Part shown: positions 1 to 10,111 of the stretch, piece by piece
Position numbering within the stretch: position 1 is the stretch's first letter
Layout: every line of letters starts with the position of its first letter
Assembly: GCA_963724765.1 (NCBI GenBank)
Contig: CAVRVY010000003.1
Coordinates: forward strand, 800,001 to 864,000
Length of the DNA: 64,000 bases
Reading direction: 5' to 3'
Source of the DNA: an uncultured delta proteobacterium
GTDB taxonomy: Bacteria; Desulfobacterota; Binatia; Binatales; Binataceae
Made by a program: the position numbers and the translations under genes
The notes under the pieces: model-generated
Database searches by the model: none
What the model saw: only the letters and a program-made list of their open reading frames with translations
Told to the model about the DNA's origin: nothing

Positions 1-231
1 CTCGGCAAGTATCCCGTTGAAATTCAGGTCATCGGTTGGCTCGTCGACGCAATCGAAGTTCTCGGTGTAGGTGAACACGAGCGGCGTGTTGGCGCCAAAA
101 GCGGCAGTCTGGTTCGGCGCGAGGGTTTTCGTGGGCGTATCCTGCGGCGTTTCCTGCGCGAGTCCGGTCCCTGCAATAAGGGCGAAGGCAAGGCCGACTC
201 CTGACATCAACCGAAGCATCGACGTTTTCAT
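1..231 (-). CDS. Secreted hypothetical protein, 5' part only (runs off window)
   Basis: Manual translation MKTSMLRLMSGVGLAFALIAGTGLAQETPQD... with signal peptide; GGAGGAG RBS upstream; ECF promoter at 288-317. Confidence 0.75.
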   Translation of the reverse strand, partial: MKTSMLRLMSGVGLAFALIAGTGLAQETPQDTPTKTLAPNQTAAFGANTPLVFTYTENFDCVDEPTDDLNFNGILAE

Positions 232-287
232 GAGGCTCCTCCAGTAAGGTTGCAAATGCCCAAGGACAAAAATGAACAGACGCTTGG

Positions 288-317
288 AGATACGGACGGC
301 CTCACGCATCGGATTTG
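288..317 (-). promoter_or_regulatory. ECF sigma promoter CAAATCC-N16-CGTATCT
   Basis: Same bipartite motif and spacing also at 1244-1273 and 2761-2790. Confidence 0.75.
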
Positions 318-385
318 ACAAAACAGCGCTTCACCGCTTGGCGAGAAAAAAGCACGGTCGTGAGGATCGGGTCAGCTCTAATCGA

Positions 386-1237
386 TCAGTTTTGAGCGAT
401 CAGCACGGGAGAAGCTCCGGCCGCCGGCGCGCCGAAGCAGTAGCGCGACGCCAGGTCGAACCATCCCAGACCCGGGAGACGCGCGATCATGGAATCATGC
501 TCGGCGAGACGGCGCGGCCCCTGCTCGTCGCCGAACAGGTAGCCGCAGATACGCCGCGCGTCGGCGTCGCCGCGCACCGGGCTTCCGACCGGAGTCCAGA
601 AATTGCGCACGATGAGCGAGGTCAGGTTCCGGGCGGCGCGTGGCCGCAGGCGCAGGCGCGCCTGGTTGAAGTAGAACGAGAAATGGCGGCGCTCGTCCTT
701 GATGATACGCGAGAGCATGGCCGTGAGCAGCGGATGCCTGGTTCTGTCGATCAGCGCATGGTAGCCGGTCAGCGTTGAGAGTTCGTTGATCGCGCCCCAG
801 GTCATGTGGACCGCGGGAAAGTGGCGGGTCATGCGGGAGAGCAGGCGGGCGAATTTTTGCGCCAGGTAGTCAGCCGGCCTGGCGCGCCGCAATGCGGCGA
901 AACGGCGATCGTCGATCGCTATGCCCTGGTTTTCGAGCAGGCGTTTGAGCACCTGCGAGTGGAAAAATTCCTCGTACGCCCAACACGACAGGAAGGCGGT
1001 GATCGACGGGTCCTGAGCGACCGCGGTGGAAAGCATTTCGCGCAGGTAGATGATGGTGTGCGACTCGATGTCCATCATGTAGCCGACGCAAAAGAGCGCG
1101 TCGTCATCCAGGCGCGGACCCGGATCGGACCAGTCGAAAGTTTCCGGGCGCGTGCCCCCGGCGGTTCGCAGATATTTTTCGAGATCGAAACTATGGCGGT
1201 AGTGCCCGCCGGTATCCGGATGATGAGTTGCGTTCAC
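386..1237 (-). CDS. Ferritin-like diiron protein (acyl-ACP desaturase-like)
   Basis: DIE, WAYEEFFH, NE and DERRH iron-ligand pattern. Confidence 0.8.
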   Translation of the reverse strand: MNATHHPDTGGHYRHSFDLEKYLRTAGGTRPETFDWSDPGPRLDDDALFCVGYMMDIESHTIIYLREMLSTAVAQDPSITAFLSCWAYEEFFHSQVLKRLLENQGIAIDDRRFAALRRARPADYLAQKFARLLSRMTRHFPAVHMTWGAINELSTLTGYHALIDRTRHPLLTAMLSRIIKDERRHFSFYFNQARLRLRPRAARNLTSLIVRNFWTPVGSPVRGDADARRICGYLFGDEQGPRRLAEHDSMIARLPGLGWFDLASRYCFGAPAAGASPVLIAQN

Positions 1238-1243
1238 ATCTTC

Positions 1244-1273
1244 AGATACGAGCGGCGCGGCCCCGCGGATTTG
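1244..1273 (-). promoter_or_regulatory. ECF sigma promoter CAAATCC-N16-CGTATCT, near-leaderless transcript
   Basis: Identical -35/-10 to 288-317, immediately upstream of the GTG start at 1237. Confidence 0.75.
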
Positions 1274-1279
1274 GCCGCA

Positions 1280-2176
1280 CTAGGCGGGTCCAGGCGCGCC
1301 CTTGAGGTACATCGCGCCGGTCGGCTTGCTCACGCCGCCCGCTGGTTCCAGCGTCACCGCGCTCAGCAACACGTGCTCGCCCGCGGGCGGCAGCGCGACT
1401 GGTGCGATCACCGGACGGCCGTTTTCGGCCTGGAACAGTCCGGCCGCGACCGGCCCGTGCTCCCTGGTGATCCACCATAATTCGTAGGTCTTGCCCGGCG
1501 GTGTGGCGGGCAGGCCGGCGGCCTGGAACACGGCGGCCTTGTTGGTGGCGCTGACCGCGACGATCGCGCCGGCTCCGGGAGCGGGCGCCAGCGGTTCGAG
1601 GCGGGTTAGCCGCAGGTCAGGCGCACTCAGCACTTTCTCGAATCGGATGCGTTCGCCGAGAACTCGTTGGAGCGTGCCGACCACGCCGCGTGCCCTGGTG
1701 AGTTCGGCGCGCAGGCCGCTGACCCGGGAATTCATCGCCGCAATCTGTTGCTGGTTTTCCTCGTTGGCGCGGCGGAGCTGATCGCTTACCTGACCGGCGT
1801 AAATCGCAGCCCCGACAATTCCGGCGGCCATCACGGCGGTTGCGGCGCGCCATACGCCCACGCGCCCCCGAGCGGGACGGCGCGCGCTGTCGGTCTCTTT
1901 CGCGGCGGGCCGGGCCGGCTCGGCCGCGCCCCGATGCAGCCGCGCATCGAGGCGCTGCCAGATGCGCTCTTCCACGCCTTCCCGGGCGCCTTCTTCCGAG
2001 CCTTCCTGGCCGAGAGTAAGCGCGAGCGACGCCGCGATCTCGCGCAACTCGCGCAGTTGGGGTTCGCACTCCTCGCAGCCGGCGCCCAGATGCTCCTGGA
2101 GCGCGCGCGCCTCGTCACGTTCCAGCCGGTCGAGCGCGGCGAGCGGGAGCAGGTCTTTGATTGCCTGATGGTCCAT
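1280..2176 (-). CDS. Anti-sigma factor, RskA-like
   Basis: N-terminal HxxxCxxC, TM helix, coiled coil, C-terminal YELWWI...AVTLEPAGG..PTG. Confidence 0.9.
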   Translation of the reverse strand: MDHQAIKDLLPLAALDRLERDEARALQEHLGAGCEECEPQLRELREIAASLALTLGQEGSEEGAREGVEERIWQRLDARLHRGAAEPARPAAKETDSARRPARGRVGVWRAATAVMAAGIVGAAIYAGQVSDQLRRANEENQQQIAAMNSRVSGLRAELTRARGVVGTLQRVLGERIRFEKVLSAPDLRLTRLEPLAPAPGAGAIVAVSATNKAAVFQAAGLPATPPGKTYELWWITREHGPVAAGLFQAENGRPVIAPVALPPAGEHVLLSAVTLEPAGGVSKPTGAMYLKGAPGPA

Positions 2177-2187
2177 ACTACTCGTGG

Positions 2188-2748
2188 CTACTCGTGCCGC
2201 GCTGAAAGCGCGTCGCGCAGTTTCATCATTGCACTGCGCATCCTGGTCTTCACCGTCCCCAGGGGAATTCCCAGCTTTTCGGCCACCTCCGATTGCGACA
2301 AGTCGGAAAAATAAGCCAGTTGCAGTGCCGCGCGCTCGTTGAAATCGAGTCCGGCGAGCGCGGTGCGAACGATGCGCGCGCGCTGGGCCTGATGGATATC
2401 CAGGGCGGGATCGGGGGCCGGCTCCGACGCGGGCTGCTCCCCGGGCGGCGGTTTGCGCGCGCGGTTGGCTCTTAAGCGATCGATGGCGCGGCTGCGCGCG
2501 AGCGTGACCAGCCAGACCGATACCGAGCCGCGCGCCCCATCAAATGTTTTGGCGTCGCGCCAGGCCTGCCATAGAACATCGGCGACCACCTCTTCGGCAT
2601 CGGACTCATTGCTCAGAAAACGTCGGGCAAGGGCGGCCAACATCCTGCCATAGCGCGCGTTCAGACTACGCAGTGCCTCCGAATCGCCCGCCGCCATCGC
2701 GGCGACAAGGTCGCGATCCGCAGGCATAGCCTGTCTTGCGTCGGCCAC
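2188..2748 (-). CDS. ECF RNA polymerase sigma factor (SigK-like)
   Basis: DAEEVVADV, WLVTLARSRAID and GIPLGTVKTR motifs; adjacent anti-sigma. Confidence 0.92.
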   Translation of the reverse strand: MADARQAMPADRDLVAAMAAGDSEALRSLNARYGRMLAALARRFLSNESDAEEVVADVLWQAWRDAKTFDGARGSVSVWLVTLARSRAIDRLRANRARKPPPGEQPASEPAPDPALDIHQAQRARIVRTALAGLDFNERAALQLAYFSDLSQSEVAEKLGIPLGTVKTRMRSAMMKLRDALSARHE

Positions 2749-2760
2749 TTCACCCTCTGG

Positions 2761-2790
2761 AGATACGCGGCAAACAGCTAGCTAGATTGC
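2761..2790 (-). promoter_or_regulatory. ECF autoregulatory promoter GCAATCT-N16-CGTATCT
   Basis: Third copy of the motif, directly upstream of the sigma gene. Confidence 0.7.
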
Positions 2791-3021
2791 GTGCTAAACT
2801 TAATGAGCTTGGCCCATCGTATCAACAAGCGGCGTTTTTAACCGGGAGATCGGGTCCTTGCGCTTTTTTGTTCGATCACAATGATGAAACTGACCGCTTC
2901 GTCGGCGGACTGGAGCGTCGCTGACAAAGGAACTTTTCAAAATACTTGCCAACATTTGCTAATCCTTGCGCTGCGGGACGGATTTGTCTTAAGGCTTTCC
3001 TGCACGCAGGGAAGATATACG

Positions 3022-4239
3022 ATGACTGATAAGACAACGAAACCGGCCGGGCCGCTCACTGGAATCCGTGTTCTCGACGCCGCCACCTTTCTTGCCGGCC
3101 CATTCTGCGCGACCACGATGGCGGAATTCGGCGCCGAAGTGATCAAGATCGAGCATCCGACTCTCGGCGATCCGCTACGCAAACTCGGTACGCCTGTCGA
3201 GGGCGGCGAAACACTGTGGTGGCTAAACGACGCGCGCAACAAAAAAGCGATCACGCTCGATTTCGCGAAAGCTGAGGGCGCCGAACTTTTCAAAAAGCTG
3301 GTCAAGCGGGCCGACGTGGTGATCGAGAATTTTAGACCCGGAACCATGGAGAAGTGGGGCCTCGGTTACGAGCAATTGCGGGCCGTTAATCCGGCCATCG
3401 TAATGGTACGAGTGACCGCCTTCGGACAGGACGGCCCATACAAGGACCGGCCCGGTTTTGCACGCATTGCGCACGCCTTCAGCGGCCTCGCCCATCTGGT
3501 GGGCGAACGGGGCGGTAAGCCGCTGGTGCCTGGGTCGATGGGTCTTGCCGATTATCTGTCGGGCGTCTATGCACTGGTGGGAACGCTGCTCGCGCTGCGT
3601 TATCGCGATCGCACGGGCGAAGGACAGTTCGTCGACGTGGCCCTGTACGAGACGATTTTCCGGTTTTTCGACGAGATGGTCCCCGTCTACGCGCGCTTCG
3701 GTGAGGTGCGCGAAGCGATGGGGGCTGAGTCACCGACCATCGTGCCGCACAGCCATTATCGGTGTGCCGACGGATCATGGGCCGCGATCGCGTGCTCAAG
3801 CGACAAGATGTTTGAGCGGCTGGCGGTTGCGATGGCGCGGCCGGAGCTGGTGCGCGATCCTGAATCATCGACGATGCAAGCGAGAGTTAAAAACCGGGAG
3901 AAAATCGACGCAATCGTGTCCGAATGGACCGGCCGTCACAGCCGCGACGAACTCGTGAAAATTTGCCTCGCGGGCGAGATTCCCTGCGGACCGGTCAACA
4001 ATATCGCGGACATATTTGCGGACCCGCATTTCCAGGCCCGCAACAACCTGCGCCAAATCGAGGACCCCGACGCCGGCGAAGTCGTGGTGCCCGGCGTGGT
4101 GCCGCGCCTCTCGCTTACACCGGGAAGAATTGAACATCTGGGACCGCATAAGGGCGCCGACACCGAGCGGGTGCTGAGCGAATGGCTCGGACTGAACGGG
4201 GAACAGATCGCCGAACTGCGGGCGCGGGAGGTAATCTAG
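3022..4239 (+). CDS. Class III CoA-transferase (CaiB/BaiF family)
   Basis: LAGP, GAEVIKIE, RNKK, ENFRPG motifs; catalytic Asp in LADYLSG; start moved to ATG 3022. Confidence 0.92.
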   Translation: MTDKTTKPAGPLTGIRVLDAATFLAGPFCATTMAEFGAEVIKIEHPTLGDPLRKLGTPVEGGETLWWLNDARNKKAITLDFAKAEGAELFKKLVKRADVVIENFRPGTMEKWGLGYEQLRAVNPAIVMVRVTAFGQDGPYKDRPGFARIAHAFSGLAHLVGERGGKPLVPGSMGLADYLSGVYALVGTLLALRYRDRTGEGQFVDVALYETIFRFFDEMVPVYARFGEVREAMGAESPTIVPHSHYRCADGSWAAIACSSDKMFERLAVAMARPELVRDPESSTMQARVKNREKIDAIVSEWTGRHSRDELVKICLAGEIPCGPVNNIADIFADPHFQARNNLRQIEDPDAGEVVVPGVVPRLSLTPGRIEHLGPHKGADTERVLSEWLGLNGEQIAELRAREVI

Positions 4240-4246
4240 GCAAGCG

Positions 4247-5620
4247 ATGTCCCAGACCGCCAGGCAAATGGCTCTGATCGGGTTTCTGCAGGCGCAGAAC
4301 TGTTCCAACTACCCCGCCTCCTGGCGCCATCCTGCGACTGCGCCCGATTTTCTTACTCCCGAGTATTACCAGCGAATCGCGCGCACGCTGGAGGCCGGCA
4401 AGTTCGACCTCGCATTTTTCGACGATCGTTTGGCCATGCCTGACCGCTACGGCGACCATTACGCGGAGGCGGTGCGCAATGGGATCCGGGTGGTCAAAAT
4501 GGATTTGATCCCGATCCTGATGGCGATGGGGCTGGCGACCAGCAGGCTCGGTCTGGGCGCCACCTACTCAACCACCTACTTCGAGCCTTTTCACGTCGCC
4601 CGGGTCTTCGCCACGCTCGACGTGATGCTGGGCGGCCGGGTTGCGTGGAACGTGGTCACCTCGCTCAATGATTCCGAAGCCGCCAACTTCGGCAAAGACG
4701 CGGTACTGCCGCATGACCTGCGATATGACCGGGCCGACGAATTCATGCAGGTCGTCCTCGGTCATTGGGATACATGGGAAGACGACGCGATTGTGATGGA
4801 TCGTGAGCGGGGCATTTTCGCCGACGCCTCCAAGATCCATCCCCTGCATCATAAGGGAGAATACTTCAGTTCGCGGGGACCGTTCACAGTCCCGCGCTCG
4901 CCGCAGGGTCATCCGGTTCTGATTCAGGCCGGCCAGAGCGGACGAGGACTCGATTTTGCCGCGCGATGGGGCGAACTGGTGTTTGTTATCTACCAGAATC
5001 TCGACATCGCGAAATCGGCGACTGCGAAATTCAAGGAGCGGGTGGCGGCGGTAGGCCGCAATCCCGAACAGGTGAAAGTCGCTCCCGCCGTTTACGCCGT
5101 GGTTGGCGAGACTCACACGATGGCCGAGGAAAAGATGGCGTTCATCGAGCAGTTGGCGAAGCCGATCGATTCTCTGGCACTGCTCTCAGAAGTGTTGAAT
5201 TTCGACTTCGCCCGCAAGGGAATGGATGAACCGTTCAACGCCGACGAACTTGCCTCGATAAGCGGTTTACAGATGTTCCGCGACCGGGTGATTCAGCTAA
5301 GCGGCAAGCCCAATCCGACGGTTCGCGATTTCGTCCGCTACAGCAATCGAGGCACTATCAGGGAATTCGGAGTTTTCTCCGGCACGCCCGCTGAGGTCGC
5401 TGATCAGATGGAAGAGTGGTTCACCTCCGGCGCGTGTGACGGTTTCGTCCTGTCTGCGACCCATATGCCCGGCGCTTACGAGGATTTCGTGCGCCTGGTG
5501 GTCCCCGAACTTCGGCGCCGAGGTATGGTGCGCAAGGAGTATGAGGGGACAACACTACGCGAAAACCTGCATCTGCCGCTGCCGGCGCGCGGGGCCTGGC
5601 GCAAAACAGGATTGAATTAA
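4247..5620 (+). CDS. NtaA/SnaA/DszA-family flavin-dependent monooxygenase (LLM class)
   Basis: GRVAWNVVTS, PQGHPVLIQAGQS and YEGTTLRENL motifs. Confidence 0.92.
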   Translation: MSQTARQMALIGFLQAQNCSNYPASWRHPATAPDFLTPEYYQRIARTLEAGKFDLAFFDDRLAMPDRYGDHYAEAVRNGIRVVKMDLIPILMAMGLATSRLGLGATYSTTYFEPFHVARVFATLDVMLGGRVAWNVVTSLNDSEAANFGKDAVLPHDLRYDRADEFMQVVLGHWDTWEDDAIVMDRERGIFADASKIHPLHHKGEYFSSRGPFTVPRSPQGHPVLIQAGQSGRGLDFAARWGELVFVIYQNLDIAKSATAKFKERVAAVGRNPEQVKVAPAVYAVVGETHTMAEEKMAFIEQLAKPIDSLALLSEVLNFDFARKGMDEPFNADELASISGLQMFRDRVIQLSGKPNPTVRDFVRYSNRGTIREFGVFSGTPAEVADQMEEWFTSGACDGFVLSATHMPGAYEDFVRLVVPELRRRGMVRKEYEGTTLRENLHLPLPARGAWRKTGLN

Positions 5621-5745
5621 ACGGGACGCAAAATCGCCCGTCGGTCGGGATCTCCCGCGCTCCTCCGTAGACCATACTCCGTGCTGGAGCGGCTGCCTCG
5701 AAGCTGGGCTTCCTCCTCACGCGCCGCATATGGATTCTTGATTAC

Positions 5746-7479
5746 GTGGCGGCCAACATGTCTTATAACCCGGTGCCGCATGACGGACATGATAATCGCC
5801 CTTTGCGCTCGCGCCCGCTTCTGCTGACGGTCGTCGCAGGGCTGGCGCTGTGCCTGGCCGGGGCCTGTGCGTTCGTGGCGAAAACCGTCAGCACCGGCGG
5901 AGAGCGTCCGATTAATCACCCGGTCGTCACCACGGCAAAGGCTCCGCCTGCCGAGGGCTCGCGGGTGATCGTCTTCTGTCTGGACGGCGCCGGCTACCCG
6001 CAGTTGATGGAAGCGATTCGATCGGGCAAGGCCCCGCATATCGCGGCGCTGCTTGGCAAGGAACAGGGCAACGGAGTGTTCGAGCACGGATATTCCGCGC
6101 CAGGCGTGCTGAGCGTGCTGCCGTCGAGCACGGTTGCCGATTGGTCCGCGACCTTCACCGGCAAGCCGCCAGCGCAAAACGGCGTGCCAGGCGACGAATG
6201 GTTCGACCGCGAGCACCTGCGCTTCTATGCCCCGGTGCCCATCACCGTCACCGATACGGCCGATTTTTCGGCGATGCTCGACAATGACCTGGTCGGCAAG
6301 CAGCTCAAAGTTCCGACGCTGTATGAGCAGCTCAAACGCCGCTCCTACGTCTCGATGCTGATGGTCTACCGGGGGTCGACGCTTTTCACCACGGTGCCGC
6401 CCACGACCTTCGCCGGCATTGTTGGCGGCCTGGTCGAAGGCAAGCTCAGCGGAGAGACCTCGCTCGAGGCCATCAGTAAGTCGCTCGACCTGGCCTCGAC
6501 CATCAAGCTCATCCAGGCCATCAACGAGCACGGGCTGCCGCGGCTGCAGGTGGTTTACTTTCCCGGGATCGATCTGTTTACGCACGCCTCGCCCGATCCG
6601 CTGCACGCGCAGGTCGGCTATCTCGAGAACAATATCGACCGCGCCGTGGGCCAGGTGCTCGACGTGTACCGCAAGCTGGGCGCGCTATCGAACACGTACG
6701 TGATTTTCATTGCGGACCACGGTCACACGCCGACCATGAATGACAATAAGCATCGGCTTGGTCCGGATGACAAAGGATCGCCGTTTGCGATTCTCAAGGC
6801 GGCCGGGTTTCGCGTCCGGAAGGCGACGCTCAACGTGAGCAAGCGCGAAGAGGACTTCCAGGCCGTGATCGCCTCGCAGGGCTTCATGGCCTACGTCTAT
6901 CTCGCCGACCGTTCGACCTGTCGGGCGAGCGGGCAGGCTTGCGACTGGAGCCGGCCGCCGCGTTTTCACCAGGACGTGATGAGAGCGGTCCGCGCGCTGT
7001 ACAAGGAGAATCAGAGCGGGCGGCCGATTCCGCAGGGGAAGGGAACTGTCGATCTCATCTTTGCCCGCCGGCCGTCCGGGCAAGACGAGGAGGGGGGGCC
7101 ATTCAAAGTGTTCGACGGCAGAGAGCTTGTTTCGATACATCGCTACCTGGAGAGAAATCCTCGACCGGACCTGGCCGACCTCGAGGAACGCATGAAATGG
7201 CTCGGCGACGGCCCCTATGGCGGCCGGGCGGGAGATATAGTGATACTTCCCAAGGCCAGCTCAACTATCCCGATCCAGGACAGGTACTATTTCGCGGTGA
7301 CGACGCATTACTCATGGCATGGCAGCCCGGATATGTCGGATAGCAATGTTCCGCTCATTCTGGCTCTCGACGGCGGCTCAGGCACGGTCATGCAGGATAT
7401 AGTCGAGAACTCGCGCCACGGGCGTACGCCCTCCCAGATGGATCTCACGCCGCTGGTGCTCACCCTGATTGGCCGCTGA
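5746..7479 (+). CDS. Alkaline phosphatase superfamily nucleotide pyrophosphatase/phosphodiesterase, exported
   Basis: LDGAG, PSST nucleophile, D..TH, ADHG, WHGS; N-terminal hydrophobic segment. Confidence 0.85.
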   Translation: MAANMSYNPVPHDGHDNRPLRSRPLLLTVVAGLALCLAGACAFVAKTVSTGGERPINHPVVTTAKAPPAEGSRVIVFCLDGAGYPQLMEAIRSGKAPHIAALLGKEQGNGVFEHGYSAPGVLSVLPSSTVADWSATFTGKPPAQNGVPGDEWFDREHLRFYAPVPITVTDTADFSAMLDNDLVGKQLKVPTLYEQLKRRSYVSMLMVYRGSTLFTTVPPTTFAGIVGGLVEGKLSGETSLEAISKSLDLASTIKLIQAINEHGLPRLQVVYFPGIDLFTHASPDPLHAQVGYLENNIDRAVGQVLDVYRKLGALSNTYVIFIADHGHTPTMNDNKHRLGPDDKGSPFAILKAAGFRVRKATLNVSKREEDFQAVIASQGFMAYVYLADRSTCRASGQACDWSRPPRFHQDVMRAVRALYKENQSGRPIPQGKGTVDLIFARRPSGQDEEGGPFKVFDGRELVSIHRYLERNPRPDLADLEERMKWLGDGPYGGRAGDIVILPKASSTIPIQDRYYFAVTTHYSWHGSPDMSDSNVPLILALDGGSGTVMQDIVENSRHGRTPSQMDLTPLVLTLIGR

Positions 7480-7532
7480 GCGTGCGTGCAGTCACTTCTA
7501 AGTAAATTGCCGGGTAGCAACGTTTTTCGCTG

Positions 7533-9731
7533 ATGATCGCGATGAATCATTCAAAGACTGCGGTATGGCGCGGACAGCCTCAGCCGCTCGGAGCGAGCTG
7601 GGACGGCGAGGGAGTGAATTTTGCACTCTTCTCCGAGCGTGCGGACCGCGTCGAACTTTGTTTGTTCGACTCAAGGACCCGGCGCGAGACCGAACGAATC
7701 CCGATGCGCTGGCAGACCAACCAGGTTTGGCACTGCTATCTGCCCGAGGCGCGGCCGGGATTGCTCTACGGCTACCGCGTGCACGGACCTTACGATCCGA
7801 AACAGGGGCTGCGTTTCAACCCACACAAGCTGCTGCTCGATCCTTACGCCAAGCATGTCGATGGCGATATCAAGTGGAGCGACGCGCTGTTCGGCTACCG
7901 CGTCGGCGGCGCGCGCGAAGATCTCACGATGGACCGGCGCGACGATGCGCCCGGGATGCCCAAGTGCCGCGTGGTCGATACCGCCTTCACTTGGGGCGAC
8001 GACCGGCCCCCGCGAGCTCCCTGGCATGACACGATCATCTACGAGCTGCACGTAAAGGGCTTCACCCAACTGCATCCGCAGATCCCGCCCCCTCTGCGCG
8101 GAACCTACGCCGGGCTCGCGACAGACCCCGTGATCGAACATCTCAAGCGCCTCGGCATCACCGCGGTCGAGCTGATGCCGGTGCATGCCTTCGTCGACGA
8201 GCGCAACCTGGTCGAAAGGAAACTCAAAAACTACTGGGGCTACAACTCGATCGGCTTCTTCGCGCCCGACATGCGCTACTCGGCCACCGGCTACATCAAT
8301 GAATTCAAATCGATGGTGAAGCGGCTGCACTCGGCCGGGATCGAGGTCATCCTCGACGTCGTCTACAACCACAGCGCCGAAGGAAACCATCTCGGCCCCA
8401 CGCTGAGCTTCCGCGGAATCGACAACACCGCCTACTACCGCCTGATACCCGGCGAGCCGCGCCTGTACATGGATTTCACCGGCTGCGGTAACACGCTGAA
8501 CATGATGCATCCGCGGGTGCTGCAACTGCTGATGGACAGCCTGCGTTACTGGGTCGTCGAAATGCACGTGGACGGCTTTCGCTTCGACCTTGCCGCGGCG
8601 CTCGCGCGCGAACTCTACGAAGTCAACCGCCTGAGCGCCTTCTTCGACGTGGTACATCAGGATCCCGTGCTCTCGCAGGTCAAACTCATCGCCGAGCCGT
8701 GGGATATCGGCGAGGGCGGCTACCAGGTCGGAAATTTCCCGGTCCTGTGGACTGAATGGAACGGCAGGTATCGCGACGCAGTGCGATCATACTGGAAGGG
8801 CGAGGGCGGCCTCATCGGAGAGCTCGCTTACCGGCTCACCGGCTCGAGCGATCTGTACGAGCTGAGCGGCCGGCGTCCCTACGCCAGCATCAATTTCATC
8901 ACCTGCCACGACGGCTTCACGCTCGAGGACCTGGTCAGTTATAATGGCAAGCACAACAACGCCAACCTCGAGCAAAACCGCGACGGAACCGACGACAACC
9001 GCAGTTGGAACTGCGGAACCGAAGGACCGGTGAGCGATCCGGGGGTTTTGACGTTGCGGGCCCGGCAGAAGCGCAATTTCCTCGCGACTCTGCTCCTGTC
9101 GCAAGGCGTGCCGATGCTCCTGGCGGGCGACGAAACCGGCCGCACTCAGCGCGGCAACAACAATGCTTACTGCCAGGACAACGAAATCAGCTGGATGCCC
9201 TGGAATCCCGACACCGAAGATCGCGAATTGCTGTCCTTTGTCAGCGAGCTAATCAAGTTCAGGAAGTCCCATTCCTGTTTCCGCCGGCGCAGCTTTTTTC
9301 AGGGGCCGCGCGTGAAGGGTACCGGCGTGAAAGATATCGTGTGGTTGACTCCCGATGGCCGTGAGATGACCGACGAGGAATGGCGTCAGTCGGAGGCGCG
9401 ATGCCTCGGCGTTTACCTGCAGGGCGACGCGACCAACGAAGACGATGACCAGGGACGGCCGGTCGTCGATGACGACTTCATTCTACTGCTCAATAGCCAT
9501 CACGAACCGATTCCGTTTCTGCTGCCCGGTCTTGGGGACCGCGAGGCCTGGCGAGTGGTCCTCGATACCGCTCGCGTCGATGGCGAGGCTTTTCTTCAAG
9601 GCGCAGAGCAGTTCCCGCTTAAGGCGAGGTCGCTTGCGCTGCTGACGAGAGTGAAGATTAGCGCGGCCGCCGGCAAGATCGCCCTGGGCGTCAAGCTTGT
9701 GGCCTCGACACCGGACCCGGTGGCGCGTTAA
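7533..9731 (+). CDS. glgX: Glycogen debranching enzyme
   Basis: NYWGYN, DVVYNH, DGFRFDLA, IAEPWD, HDGFTL, NNNAYCQDN. Confidence 0.97.
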   Translation: MIAMNHSKTAVWRGQPQPLGASWDGEGVNFALFSERADRVELCLFDSRTRRETERIPMRWQTNQVWHCYLPEARPGLLYGYRVHGPYDPKQGLRFNPHKLLLDPYAKHVDGDIKWSDALFGYRVGGAREDLTMDRRDDAPGMPKCRVVDTAFTWGDDRPPRAPWHDTIIYELHVKGFTQLHPQIPPPLRGTYAGLATDPVIEHLKRLGITAVELMPVHAFVDERNLVERKLKNYWGYNSIGFFAPDMRYSATGYINEFKSMVKRLHSAGIEVILDVVYNHSAEGNHLGPTLSFRGIDNTAYYRLIPGEPRLYMDFTGCGNTLNMMHPRVLQLLMDSLRYWVVEMHVDGFRFDLAAALARELYEVNRLSAFFDVVHQDPVLSQVKLIAEPWDIGEGGYQVGNFPVLWTEWNGRYRDAVRSYWKGEGGLIGELAYRLTGSSDLYELSGRRPYASINFITCHDGFTLEDLVSYNGKHNNANLEQNRDGTDDNRSWNCGTEGPVSDPGVLTLRARQKRNFLATLLLSQGVPMLLAGDETGRTQRGNNNAYCQDNEISWMPWNPDTEDRELLSFVSELIKFRKSHSCFRRRSFFQGPRVKGTGVKDIVWLTPDGREMTDEEWRQSEARCLGVYLQGDATNEDDDQGRPVVDDDFILLLNSHHEPIPFLLPGLGDREAWRVVLDTARVDGEAFLQGAEQFPLKARSLALLTRVKISAAAGKIALGVKLVASTPDPVAR

Positions 9732-9784
9732 ACCCAGCCGCATCCCCCGCGCGGCGTTTCGCTGTCATTCGTTATTGAAGAAGC

Positions 9785-10111
9785 CTAGACGCTCATGCGC
9801 CGCTTCGCGCGCGTGCGCCCACGCGACTTATGACAGCGGCATCCACACACGCTGTTGGCGCATCGCCCATGCCCGCCCGTGGCACATTCGATCACGTTGG
9901 TGGCGCTATTCAGCAAGACTTGCACTTCCGAGGCCAACGGTTCCTCGGGAAGGCTCGCCATCGGCTTCGTGGACTTGACGGAAAAGAGAGTGCCTGCAAC
10001 CTTGGCCGATTCTCTCGCCATCTGCGAGTTGGATAGCCACGACAAAGTGCCGGGCTGACCTAATCGCAGGACGCTGATGCTCTTGGGTGATTTCTTTTTA
10101 TTCAACGTCAT
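9785..10111 (-). CDS. Small basic hypothetical protein with Cys/His-rich C-terminus
   Basis: 108 aa ORF filling the intergenic gap; C..GHGRC...CGCRCH cluster. Confidence 0.4.
   Translation of the reverse strand: MTLNKKKSPKSISVLRLGQPGTLSWLSNSQMARESAKVAGTLFSVKSTKPMASLPEEPLASEVQVLLNSATNVIECATGGHGRCANSVCGCRCHKSRGRTRAKRRMSV

Noticed and set aside
2881-3021. N-terminal extensions in the ORF track (also at 44753, 46038, 60975, 17610)
   Set aside because: Downstream starts fit RBS positions and family lengths better
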